A DNA stretch of 64,000 nt. It comes from Octopus bimaculoides (taxonomy: Eukaryota). The translations under genes were made by a program, and so were the position numbers. Position 1 is the first letter of the stretch. Every line of letters begins with the position of its first letter. Below the pieces are notes generated by a model. That model saw only the letters and a list, made by a program, of their open reading frames with translations, ran no database searches and had not been told where the DNA came from. The stretch is from NCBI RefSeq assembly GCF_001194135.2, contig NC_069010.1, forward strand, positions 2,428,597 through 2,492,596. Reading direction: 5' to 3'. Shown piece after piece: positions 1 to 12,209 of this stretch.

Positions 1-779
1 AATGTTAGACCAGTTCAAATATGTTTGGGATATTCTTGACCAGTAAGGTATGGGTGCATTAATGCAGCACCAGTATAGGTGTTTTTATGTGGCACCAGTA
101 CATGTGCTTTTTACATGGCACCAGCACCCACAAGCCCATGAGAGTAGGAGCACTCAGCTGGAGAGGGATGCAGGAGACATGCCTGTATGCATGGACGACC
201 ACAATTTTACTTAGCTTGATGTGTGTTCTCAAGCACAGCAAACTGCCAGGAGTCTCGGTGCCCTGTCATCCCCTCTGTGAGGCCCAATATCTGAAGATCC
301 TTTCGCACCACTTTATCCCACATATTCCCTCCATAATTAGAAATCAGCATCTCTTGATGCAATTGTCTTCATTCATATGTGTTACATGGCTGTACCAGGG
401 ATTTGAGAGAAACTGTCCTCGTGTATTTAAATATATACACTCATGTTCACACTCACTAAATTACCCCTCCTGTCTATCTCCCACTCCCCTATCACACTCT
501 TATGGACTCAATGCTCACTCATCTTCAACCCTCTATACCACTCCACTTACATTTACCTCCCTGCATCCAGAGGGGAAATCCTTACACATCTTCACTACCT
601 CTCTCTCACCTCTCTGCCAACTGGGGTAGCTTTGTATCTTCTCTATGGCATGACATCTATTTCTGTCCCTCCCTCTCATAGATTATTCTCTCATCTTCTG
701 GCACAAAGCCACCATCCTCGATACTACTCCCATATCTCAGTTGAGTAGTCTTTGTCTTGCAAGTTCCTGGGTGACCTCA

Positions 780-1170
780 CCCATGCTGATGCCTTGTAAA
801 ATACACCCAGGACACTCTGTAAAGTGGTTGGTGTTTAGGAAGGGCATCTAGCCATAAAAACTGTGCCAAACATACCTTGCACATGCTGGTGCCATGTAAA
901 AAGCACCTGGTACACTCTGTAAAGTGGTTGGTGTTAAGAAGGGCATCTAGTCATAAAAACTGTGTCAAACAGACCTCACCCATGCTGGTGCTATGTAAAA
1001 AGTACCCAGTACATTCCGTAAAGTGGCTGGTGTTAGGAAGGGCACCCAGCTGTAGAAACCTTGCTAAAGCAGACAGTAGAGTTTGGCGCAGTTCTCTGAC
1101 TCACCAGCTCCTAGCAAACTATTCAACGCATACTAGCATGAAAAACAGATGTTAAATGATGATGATGATG
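780..1170 (+). mobile_element. Retroposon family B ((GAT)n tail), diverged, internal block repeated about three times
   Basis: Repeated CACTCTGTAAAGTGGTTGGTGTT...AAGGGCATC blocks ending GTTAAATGATGATGATG. Confidence 0.75.
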
Positions 1171-1486
1171 AGCATCCACAGTGTTTCTAACAACCAAATC
1201 CACTCACAAATCATCCAAACCATGTGAACATGCAAAATAAATTTTAAATGTTGATGAGAGGATGATGACATTGATGATGATGATGGTGGCTGTGTGCAGT
1301 TAAGAAACTCACTTTGCTATCATGTGGTTTTTATTTCAGTTCCACAGTGCAGTCCCTGGTTCTGGTAGTGATTCAGCTGAAACTTCTGAATATAAAAGTA
1401 TCATATATATATATATATAGATTGGTAAGTGCCAACACATGAAATTTCTGAACCTTGAGTTACTCTGTTAAGAAACAAGGCATAAT

Positions 1487-1642
1487 TGTGGCTGGGTGGT
1501 AAGAGGTTTGCTTCTCAACCACATGGTTCTATCTTCAGTCCCACTACATGACACCTTCAGCTAGTTTCTTCTACTATAGCCTCAGGCTGATTAAAGCCTT
1601 GGGAGTGGATTTGGTAGATAGAAACTGAAAGAAGCCTGTCAT

Positions 1643-1728
<86 letters not shown>

Positions 1729-2040
1729 GTCTGTCTGTCTATGCATGTATGTATGTATGTATGTATCCATTTATATATGTGTGTGTGTGTGTAAGTATGT
1801 ATCTATGTGTGTGTCATTGTGCTTGTGTCTGTTCCTGCCATCACTGCTTGACAACTGGTGTTGGTGTGTCTTATGCCTCCATAATTTAGTGGTTCAGCGA
1901 AAAAAAAAAAAAAAACTGATAGAATAAGTACAGGGCTTTAAAAAATGTTTTTGGGTTGATTTGTTTGACTAAAGACCCTTCAAGGTGGTGTTCCAGCATG
2001 GCCACAGTCAAATGACTGAAGCGAGTAAAAGAATAAAAGA
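1487..2040 (+). mobile_element. tRNA-headed SINE family A, older copy with expanded internal (TCTA)n
   Basis: Diverged match to the 6349 and 52548 copies. Confidence 0.8.
1645..1730. repeat. (TCTA)n microsatellite; many other (TA)n, (CA)n and mononucleotide runs occur (for example 2914-2976, 6722-6771, 28399-28443, 50659-50723)
   Basis: Directly visible. Confidence 0.95.
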
Positions 2041-2054
2041 AAATATATATACCA

Positions 2055-2900
2055 CCATCATCATCATCATCGTTTAACATCCGCCTTCCATGCTGGCATG
2101 GGTTGGATGGTTTAACAGGAACCGGCAAGGGAGAAGACTACATCAGGCTACTGTGTCTACTTTGACATGGTTTTTATGGCTGGATTCCTTTCCTAACACC
2201 AACCATTCTGCAGAGTGGACTGAGTGCTTTTTACATGGTACCAGCTTAGTCAAGGTCAGTTTTGGCATGGTTTTTTTACAGCTGGATGCTCTTCCAAATG
2301 CCAACCACTTCACAGTGTAGACTGGATGCTTTTTATGTGGCACCAGCATTAACACACACATATATCTATACGCACACACACTCTAGCTGTAATGAATACA
2401 CTAATATCCTCTCCTCCTCCTCATTTAATGTCTGTTGTCCATGCTGGCATGGGTTGGATGGTTTCACCAGGGCTGACAAGCTGGAAGGCTATACCAGACT
2501 CCAGTCTGATTTGGCTTGGTTTCTATGGCTGGATGCCCTTCCTAATGCCAACCACTCCGAGAGTGTAATGGGTACCTTTACATGTCACTGGCATGGGTGC
2601 CATTTGTGTGAAACCAGTATCTGTCATAACTGCAATTTTACTTGGCTTGATGGGTCTTCTTCTCAAGCACAACATAATGCTAAAGGTCTCGCTCATTTGT
2701 CATTGCCTATGTGAAGCTGAACACTTGAAAGGAGCTTTTCATGTGCCACCGACACTGGCCTCTTTGTCTATGTGAGGTCGAACACTTGAAAGGTGCTTTT
2801 ATCAGCCACTTTGCCTCCGTGAGGCCCAACGCTTGAAAGGTGCTTTTTCTGTGCCAGTGGCATGGGTGACAGTTATGTAACACCAGCATCAGCTGCAACT
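2055..2900 (-). mobile_element. Family B, two adjacent diverged reverse copies
   Basis: CATCATCGTTTAAC...CCATGCTGGCATGGGTTGG at about 2065 and 2425. Confidence 0.75.
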
Positions 2901-2911
2901 ACAATTTCACT

Positions 2912-2981
<70 letters not shown>

Positions 2982-2995
2982 TATCAAAACAGAAG

Positions 2996-3152
2996 ACTGC
3001 ATTATTTATTCTCTTTAGGAAGGGCATCCAGCTGTAGAAACTCTGCCAAATTGGATTGGAGCCTGGTGTAGCCATCCGGTTGCACCAGTCCTCAGTCAAA
3101 TCGTCCAACCCATGCTAGCATGGAAAGCGGACGTTAAACGATGATGATGATG
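2996..3152 (+). mobile_element. Family B, 5'-truncated
   Basis: AGGAAGGGCATCCAGCTG...GGACGTTAAACGATGATGATG. Confidence 0.85.
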
Positions 3153-3304
3153 ACATATGTTTCACTGCTTAATAGAAGTTACATAGATATACATGTTGAA
3201 AATCATGTAAGACATCTTGAAGAATTACTAATTGGCAATGTCTTACATGGTTTTCTACATATATATCTATGTAATTTCTATTAAGCAGTGAAACAAATGT
3301 AATG

Positions 3305-3525
3305 GGGAATAAATAATCTTTTCTACTCTAGGCACAAGGACTGAAATTTGGGAGAAGGGAAAAGTTGATTACATCAATCCCAGTGTGTAACTGATACTTA
3401 TTTTATTAACCCTGAAAGGATGAAAGGCAAAGTCGACCTTGGTGAAATTTGAACTCAGAATGTAGCGACAAATGAAATACCGCTAAGTATTTCACTCGGT
3501 GTGCTAATGATTCTGCCACCTGAAT
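3305..3525 (-). mobile_element. tRNA-derived SINE with Nin-like domain
   Basis: Reverse tRNA head and a GGGTTAATAAAATAAGTATCAGTT-type domain; a related 3' part is on + at about 38560-38680. Confidence 0.55.
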
Positions 3526-3637
3526 GATAATAATATCAGATTTTCCTGTTTTCTATTTTGATATGTAATTACTCTGCAAAATGTATTCTCTAGCATTTTC
3601 TAGTATTTTTAACACTCATATAAAATATAACATTTAC

Positions 3638-3780
3638 AAATATACTGGAATATGCAGTTATGCCTGATGAGGACACAGCTTGGATTATAACCCAATCTAC
3701 ATATTTATATCTGTGTGTGTGTGTAGGTTCCTCTTCTCCACCTGACAAGCTGGTGTCCCAGTATGGCTGCAGTCTAAAGA
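3638..3780 (-). CDS. Candidate internal exon of the divergent gene (xFRLQPYWDTSLSGGEEEPTHTHRYKYVDWVIIQAVSSSGITAYSSIF)
   Basis: Strong minus-strand tract TCTTTTTTTTTTCTTACCTCTTATTATTTCAG, 47 open codons after 2 nt, donor TTT|GTAAAT at 3637; lies within track ORF 3590..3877(-). Confidence 0.35.
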
Positions 3781-4212
3781 CTGAAATAATAAGAGGTAAG
3801 AAAAAAAAAAGATACATCTGTGAACACACACACAATGTAAAGTTACTAACACACACACACTTTAGCCACAGCAACACACCAGTGTTGCAAAGACAGGCAC
3901 ATACACACTAGTTACAAAGACAAACAAGTACATACATATACATACTAAGGTCACCAACACACATATACTGATAGAAACACACACATACACATACTAAAAG
4001 CACAATCATACATTTGCATACACACTAACATTCCAAACTTAATGCATACACATGCATACATTTATACATACATTTACTAGTCATAAATGCACACGCACAT
4101 GTACTTGAATACATGCAGAGAAATAGTCAACAAATTCACCCTTTCCTACATATTACAATTACAAACACATGACACTAAACTCTCACACACACATAAATAC
4201 ACTTTTTGATGT

Positions 4213-4820
4213 CCCACCTGACTGGCCTTCGTAGGATTTTCGAGCGAGATCATTGCCAGTGCCCCTGGACTGGCTCTTGTGCGGGTGGCACATAAAAGAC
4301 ACCATTTCGAGCGTGGCCGTTGCCAGTACCGCCTGACTGGCCTTCGTAGGATTTTCGAGCGAGATCATTGCCAGTGCCCCTGGACTGGCTCTTGTGCGGG
4401 TGGCACATNNNNNNNNNNNNNNNNNNNNNNNNNNNNNNNNNNNNNNNNNNNNNNNNNNNNNNNNNNNNNNNNNNNNNNNNNNNNNNNNNNNNNNNNNNNN
4501 NNNCCCACCTGACTGGCCTTCGTAGGATTTTCGAGCGAGATCATTGCCAGTGCCCCTGGACTGGCTCTTGTGCGGGTGGCACATAAAAGACACCATTTCG
4601 AGCGTGGCCGTTGCCAGTATCGCCTGACTGGCCTTCGTGCGGGTGACACGTAAAAGCACCTACTACACTCTCTGAGTGGTTGTTGTTAGGAAGGGCATCC
4701 AGCTGTAGAAACTCTGCCAAATTTAGATTGGAGCCTGGTGTTGCCATCCGGTTTCACCAGTCCTCAGTCAAATCTTCCAACCCATGCTAGCATGGAAAGC
4801 GGACGTTAAACGATGATGAA
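4213..4820 (+). mobile_element. Family B with 115-bp internal tandem units spanning a gap
   Basis: CCTGACTGGCC at 4217 and 4332; tail at about 4810. Confidence 0.8.
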
Positions 4821-5506
4821 CACCTGCACATACGAAAGACTTTAAGACATGCACACACTTATAAGCACACATTTATGACATACACAAAACATACGACTTA
4901 CAAACATATACATCTACTTATCATGGATGTCTTAGTGGCATTATAAGATCCCTGGCCCCTCTGATATCTCTTTATTGACTGCAACCCAAAACAGATAAAG
5001 ATTAGAATTGGGTCCTTAGTAATACACACACACTTAAGTCGTTATCATATATATTTATACATACACTAGTCACAAATATAAGAAACAACATACATGCTCT
5101 TACAGAACCACAACACAGTCATACATTAAATTCACAAACACATACACTAGCACAGAACACATACAACAGACTCACCTCTCTACACACATTAAAGTTCCAA
5201 ACACACTAAAACCACAAAGACATGCACACATACTAGTCACAAACACACATGCATTTAGAGAAACCCCCAAACATATACACACACACACACTAATAGAAGC
5301 GCAATACACACATGTACAGTAATAGAAGCACGATATACATGCACTAATAGAAGTACAGTACACATACACTAAAGTCACAAACACATATATATATATATAT
5401 ATATATAAACGTACACAGAATCAACAAACACATACATTCAGTCGACAAAGCTGCATACACACAATCACACAAACATAAGAGAACTATCCACCACGTGAGG
5501 AATTAC

Positions 5507-5569
5507 TTCCCTTGACAAACCACCTCTCCATGATTTACAATGTGTAAACCCCTCAGCCAGCTCCGCCAT
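5507..5569 (-). CDS. Candidate first coding exon of an unidentified divergent gene (MAELAEGFTHCKSWRGGLSRE)
   Basis: AAAAATGGCGG start context (strong Kozak, YY1-like) in unique sequence. Possible donors GAA|GTAATT at 5506 (phase 0) or GAG|GTGGTT at 5523 (phase 1). Confidence 0.45.
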
Positions 5570-6348
5570 TTTTGGTAAACAGCTTGCGTATGTATGTATC
5601 ACGCCTTTCTCCCTCTCTATTCGTCTATATGTGTATGTGTGCGTGTTTTCTCCTCTATATTCCTATACGTATGCGCGTATGTGACACCTTCTCGGTATAT
5701 GTGTGTATGTATGTATGTGTGTGTGCACTCTGATTCTCTCTTTATGTGTATGTGTGCGTGTTTCCTCTCACTTTTCAGCCATTTGTTCATTCTTCTCTGT
5801 ATACACGCAGGACGCGCATAGGTATATATATATATGTACGTATATATACTATAATATATGTATGTATGTGTAAGAATATATTTATATATATGTTGACCAC
5901 GACTGAATAATAAGGCCATTACAATATTTTACTGAGGTAAGAAGAATTATACGTACATGTGTATTATATATAGTATTTAATAACCCATGTATGCATTATA
6001 TATATATATATATATATATATAATACAAAGAATATATATGCATATATACACACATATGTACATACATCTACATGTGTATATAGATGCATATCATCGTACA
6101 GCTTTTGAATTTATGAAAAGGAAGAATATGTGTGTGTGTATATATATATGTATGTGTATATATATATATGTGTGTGTGTGTATGTGTATATATATATAAA
6201 GTACTTGATATGTTTAAAGTAGTTTTGTATATGATGTCTGAAATTAACCGAAGCTTCCTTTTTCGTATTGTTGGTCGCTACTCAGAGTAGCAGATCATAG
6301 ATAAAAAAGCCCTCTCCTCCCTTCTACTCCATGTGTATATAATATATA

Positions 6349-6720
6349 GGCGTAGGAGTGGCTGTGTGGTAAGTAGCTTGCTTACTGACCACATGATTCC
6401 GGGTTCAGTCCCACTGCGTGACACCTTGGGTAAGTGTCTTCTACCATAGCCTCGGGCCGACCAAAGCCTTGTGAGTGGATTTGGTAGACGGAAACTGAAA
6501 GAAGCCCGTCGTATATATGTATGTATCTGTGTTTGTTCCCACAACATCGCTTGACAACCGATGCTGGTGTGTTTACGTCCCCGTAAATTAGCGGTTCGGC
6601 AAAAAGACCGATAGAATAAGTACTAGGCTTCCAAAGAATAAGTCCTGGGGTCGATTAGCTCGACTGAAAAAGGCGGTACTCCATCATGGCCGCAGTCAAA
6701 TGACTGAAACAAGTAAAAGA

Positions 6721-6722
<2 letters not shown>
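6349..6722 (+). mobile_element. tRNA-headed SINE family A, full length
   Basis: A box TGGCTGTGTGG, B box GGTTCAGTCCC, central CCTTGGG(C/T)AAG, internal microsatellite, tail GAAACAAGTAAAAGAG. Confidence 0.9.
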
Positions 6723-6774
<52 letters not shown>

Positions 6775-6830
6775 TGGTTTATATGTAACGAAGAAAAGAA
6801 GGGATCGTTAGGACACGCGTTCGTCTGCCT

Positions 6831-7587
6831 CTACACATGGCGACGGTGAGGATTCCTTCTTGTCTTTCGGCATCTGATTCCTTATGTATGTTTTCTCTTT
6901 AATTTTACGATAAAACTTTGCTGAATTTCACTGAGCTATGTCGATTATGGTTGAATACATGTTATACATCCATTTACGTGTGTGTATATATATGTATATA
7001 TTGTTAAAAACTTTTAGGAACATGTCTTTCCAATGTCGGTTAAGACCTAGATCTTTCGAAGTCGTGCATCTTCGTTATTATTTTAATCACTTCAACAATT
7101 AAAACATTGTAGGAATTTCGTTGAAAAATGTCGTTTAAACTTATGTATATACAGATGTGTATAGAAATAGTATATTTTGGAGGATTTCTACACATGGCGA
7201 CGGTGAGGATTCCTTCTAGTCTTTCGGCATCTGATTCCTTTATGTATGTTTTCTCTTTAATTTTTCGATACAACTTTGTTGAATTTCTCTGAGTTATGTC
7301 GATTATGGTTGAATACATGTTATAAATAGATTTACGTGTGTGTATATATATGTATATATTGTTAAAAATTTTTAGGAACTTGTGTTGTGTTAAGACCTGT
7401 CTTTCCAATGTCGGTTAGTTAAGACCTAGATCTTTCGATGTCGTACCTATTCGTTATTACTTTAATCACCTCAACAATTAAAACATTGTCGGAATTTCGT
7501 TGAAAAATGTCGTTTAAACTTTTGTATATACAGATGTGTATATATTTATTGGAAATACATAGAGAAATAATATGTTTTGGAGGATTT
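6831..7587. repeat. Tandem duplication, units of 357 and 400 bp
   Basis: CTACACATGGCGACGGTGAGGATTCCTTCT at 6831 and 7188; TTTTGGAGGATTT at 7175 and 7575. Confidence 0.9.
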
Positions 7588-8339
7588 ATTATTTTTTTTA
7601 CGAGAGGTGTTTCGATATTTCCTTCCGCCAATATATTATTCGTGCGTGTGTGTATACATATATATATAAAATACTTTGTGCTGGAAGTGTGTAGAGTATA
7701 TATATGAAGCGTGTATATACACACAGTAGCAGTTTATCTCCTAGGTGCCCCCCCCCCCCCTCGTTTGAGCNNNNNNNNNNAGGTGCCCCCCCCCCCCCTC
7801 GTTTGAGCAGAAGTTAATCAAATGGCGTTCCAGCCATGACCTTTCATCTATCTACCTATTTATATCTTTGTAGGTATTCCCTCTATCAGTATATACTCCA
7901 ATCTATCCTACGTTTCAAAAGACAATAGGGAAGGGTGGTTTTTAAGGGGAATTTGGCTGCTATTTCTGAATAGGTTGGTAGATCGCTCGCTGCTACATTT
8001 GTGTGGGATTACACATACATGTTTGTGTGCATATTGTTTTTAGTCGTTTTTATATGCGAATCAACTGAATTTTCATTGAAAATCTCAGGGTTTATTGAAT
8101 TTAAATTTATCAAAAAAAAAAAAAAAAAGAAAAATACAAAAAACTCAAAAGAGCTAAAATTATGTTTGAAGTATGATAGTTCTTCCCACTTGATATGTCT
8201 TGTTTCTTCTAGTTATATATCTAAACATATGAATTCGTTTCATGAATCTCATTTAAAATTTTTTTACTGGAAATAATGTAGCTAATTGGAAGTGTTTAGA
8301 GTGGTTTGTTTCGCTTTTGACCGGATTCTCGTTTCTAAA

Positions 8340-9160
8340 CAACCAGGCATGTAAACATCACTATCACTGTCATCTTATATATTTTTATATTTCTTTCTAT
8401 TCCCGTTGGAAATTATTTAAGAATTTCATTGAAATATGTCACTTAAAGTTTATGAAATATATATCCACTGAAAAATACATAGAAAATTGTATGTTTTTCA
8501 AGTGTATTTTGTTCTTTATTATCGTCTGCAGACAGACTGTGAACATCACTGTCGTTACATTATATATTTTTTCGTTAGTTTGCCCTATTTCTGTCCTAAA
8601 TTGTCTAAAACTGTAATTGAGAAATGTCATTTAGGATTCATTTAATTTCCTGACCAATAAAGAAAATTATGAATTTTAAAAGTATTTTGTTCTATTGTCA
8701 TCCATAGACATGTAAACAATCCCCATCAATTCGTTTTATATATATATATTTCGGTAAATTTTGGTATTATTTACCTGTATTTCTCTATTTCTGTCCTGAA
8801 TTTCGTTGAAAAGTGTCGTTTAAGGTGTATTAGTTACATATTTCCCGAAAAATATTGAAACTTTTAAAGTGTATTATCATTTCCAGACAAATCGGACAGT
8901 AAACATCACCATCAGTTCATCTTATATTTTGTTATATTTCTCTGTTTCTATTGTTAACCTTACATAAATTTCATGGAAAAATGTTGAATGTTTATTAAAT
9001 GTATATGCAGTGGAAAAATAATATCGAAAATTGCAAAGTTTTAAGTGTTCTTTCTATTATCATCCATCGACGGATTTAAACATCAACCACCATTGGTCGT
9101 TTTATATATAAAAATTCTCTAATTTCATGCTTCATTGAAAAATGTCGTTTAAGGGTTGAT
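8340..9160. repeat. Degenerate satellite, about 180-bp period, about 5 copies
   Basis: AAACATCA-like anchors at about 8353, 8541, 8714, 8901 and 9078; recurring GAAAAATGTCGTTTAAG-like motif. Confidence 0.7.
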
Positions 9161-9738
9161 ATATATTTACAGGGGTGGGGGGAGATCAAAATGTTATTTT
9201 TTCGTTCATTTTTAGCCGAGCGCAGAAAACATACAGGCAAGCATGGCGGTCAGGCTGTCGGTGTTGTAAACATCGTTTTCTTGTTATAAATATATTCTCT
9301 TCAAGTCTGCCATTAAATGCGGACCACCTTTGATCATAGGTCTGACCTGGCCTACACAACAATCGTATGTGACAAACGAGGAAGAGAGTGCTCAATACAT
9401 GGACAGTATATTCTTTTTGTTAGAAATTGGTGATTTAGCCCGTCACTACTGTCAGGTGACGATGGACATATCTTTGCGCGCGCGCGCGCGCGTGTATGTA
9501 TATATTGCTTGTTTTTATGTCTAGTTCCATTGAAACTATATCAAGCATTAACTAAAGGTTCACTCCACATTGTGGTATCAAAGTTAATTTAAAAAAGAGC
9601 TTGACCGTTTCCTTGTTTATATATATATATATATATATATATAATGTGCATGCACACACATACATAGCCTTTGTGTATAATTGAGTATATATATAAATAT
9701 ATATATATATATAAACACATATATACACACTGTATGAT

Positions 9739-9777
<39 letters not shown>

Positions 9778-10649
9778 AAGATAGGCTTAAATAATGAACA
9801 ATGCTAAAGATTACTATGGATAGTTTATTGAAACACGGGAGAATAATTTTGCCGCAAATATTTTAAGGTGTTCTGTTGTTACATAATGAAACAAGTATTT
9901 ATGCTTACATGCATAATATCTTTTGATTTTAAATTGTAATGCAAAGACGACGCGATGACCACTCTTATCTTTTATGATGAGATCTATGACGACCGTATAG
10001 TCCTTTCTTGGACCTGCAAACTATTGCAAGGGAGGGTCATGGCTGTGCGCGCGCGCAGTCACACTATGTAATGAGGTTAACATGAAGAAGGTCATCCAAC
10101 TGTTGAAATCCTGCCAAAAGTGGAACGGTCGAGTGGGACGTCCTCGACCCTTCAGACGAGGGTCGCAACTGTGAATAACTGGCCTGGTGCGTGACAACAC
10201 CTTTATTCCATGGCAGCATGGATATAGGACATAAAACGATGTCACACGCACGTTCCTCCCTCCACATATTCCTTGTCATAGACGTTTTAAATAAATACAC
10301 CGTCCCCCTGTCTTTGTTTCATTTCACCTAATTTGTGAATCTTTATTATAAACCTTATCTAGATTTCAGTTCACAAACGTACAGTTGTGTCTATTATATA
10401 TATATATACATACACAAGTATATATATATNNNNNNNNNNNNNNNNNNNNNNNNNNNNNNNNNNNNNNNNNNNNNNNNNNNNNNNNNNNNNNNNNNNNNNN
10501 NNNNNNNNNNNNNNNNNNNNNNNNNNNNNNNNNNNNNNNNNNNNNNNNNNNNNNNNNNNNNNNNNNNNNNNNNNNNNNNNNNNNNNNNNNNNNNNNNNNN
10601 NNNNNNNNNNNNNNNNNNNNNNNNNNNNNNNNNNNNNNNNNNNNNNNNN

Positions 10650-10688
10650 AGTTAAGTCATTGCTATATCCGGCTTGCTAATTTGGCGG
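10650..10688 (+). promoter_or_regulatory. Possible 3' end of the non-coding first exon of RBM39
   Basis: Good donor CGG|GTGAGG at 10689, overlapping an E2F-like TTTGGCGGG, near the edge of the CpG-retaining zone and directly after an N gap (10430-10649) that may hide the TSS. Confidence 0.3.
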
Positions 10689-10745
10689 GTGAGGCTGATA
10701 TATTTGTCTGTCTTATGTACCTCTCTACTTAACAGATCGTCCACC

Positions 10746-10777
<32 letters not shown>

Positions 10778-10883
10778 TTCATACGAGTATATATATATAT
10801 TTTATCTACTTTCTTGCCTACATATATCTCTTCTCTCTATACATGTATTTATTACACATCTGTGTCGAGCCATTAATCTCTGC

Positions 10884-10916
<33 letters not shown>

Positions 10917-11430
10917 ACAATTAGATGTTTTTTTGGTCAGACCCGTCTCTGTCTACCTCTGTCCATCTGATTACCTGCCTGACCGTGTCTACCCGTTTGT
11001 CTGCTTGATCATCTGTTTTCAATTCTGGACGCCACGGGGTTCCAATTCTATTTTCAAATTGCTTACATTGCTACTATATATATGAGTATATACACTGGCG
11101 TACATACATACATACACACACATTCTGTGCATGGTGTATTTGTGTGTATAATATATATTGTAGAATGAGCTCATTGTTGACTAACCTTAGTTTTTTAATT
11201 TATTACTTGCGTAAAGCATATGCTATATAAGGCGCCTGTGGTTGTAGGCATCCTCCCGGTATTATTGTTAAACATAAATTAATGTAATTGACATCAGACA
11301 TTTGTAGCCCAAAAGTTGTTGATGTAAAAAAAAAAAAACAAATTCGAATTTTTTCTTTGAAGAGAATCAGTTTTACATACCATGCGTACTGATATCTGTG
11401 TTTGTAGTGTTTATATTGCTTGTGTGCATG

Positions 11431-11467
<37 letters not shown>

Positions 11468-11503
11468 ACATACATTTACACCTGGTGTGTTATATATAAC
11501 GTC

Positions 11504-11705
11504 ATCATTTAACGTCCGCTTTCCATGCTAGCATGGGTTGGACGATTTGACTGAAGACTGGTGAAACCAGATGGCTACATCAGGCTCCAATCTGATTTGG
11601 CAGAGTTTCTACAGCTGGATGCCCTTCCTAACGCCAACCACTCAGAGAGTGTAGTGGGTGCTTTTACGTGCCACCGGCACGAAGGCCAGTCAGGCGGTAC
11701 TGGCA
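11504..11705 (-). mobile_element. Family B, young reverse copy
   Basis: CATCATTTAACGTCCGCTTTCCATGCTAGCATGGG onward. Confidence 0.9.
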
Positions 11706-11838
11706 ACACACACACACACANNNNNNNNNNCACACACATACAGGCACGGCTATTCAGATGCATGAATTGATAGTAATGCACACAGATGTTCAGTCATTAT
11801 TCATAAACATGAAATTTACACTATCCTCAGATACACAT

Positions 11839-11869
<31 letters not shown>

Positions 11870-12209
11870 AGAACAGTATCAATATTTATATGTAGTCAGT
11901 ACACAACTAGTTGTTAGGACAGTTTGTGTTTGTGCAATAAGAGAAGGTAGACTTATTTTTTAGCTATTGTTCATCTTATACGAGTGTGTATAGTTGTGGA
12001 TGTTAAGGACTTTGTTTATAACATGATGTAGCTGGGTGTTTGGACCTGTATGTGTATTTGATATCGGGATATTGTGTATGTTAAGGGTTGTATGCTTGTG
12101 TGGTATAATTGTGCATATTTGTGTGTATGACATGATTTAGCTGTGTATGTTCGACACTCTTAATAGATATGTATGTATGTATGAAAATGTGTGTGTATGT
12201 ATATATATA

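Noticed and set aside
87-629. 180-aa ORF and the 199-aa ORF at 45323-45922(-)
   Set aside because: Low-complexity or antisense reading of repeat and LINE remnants; no recognisable domain.
3727-3795. Plus-strand exon ending AAGAG|GTAAGA
   Set aside because: No pyrimidine tract at its acceptor and no plus-strand gene context. The minus-strand reading has the stronger signals, although this alternative is not excluded.
4213-4640. Regular repeats resembling a CRISPR array
   Set aside because: Eukaryotic context, whole-unit tandem repeats without unique spacers, and no cas genes.
7743-7808. 28-bp duplication AGGTGCCCCCCCCCCCCCTCGTTTGAGC around a 10-N gap
   Set aside because: Typical unmerged contig overlap (assembly artefact). 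The copy restarting at 4504 after the 4409-4503 gap is suspect for the same reason.
11561-11770. Recurrent ORFs MKPDG...LQSDLAEFLQLDALPNANHSE (also 12160, 18606, 26872, 44382)
   Set aside because: Read-through of family B repeats; variable frames and stops and no splice structure.
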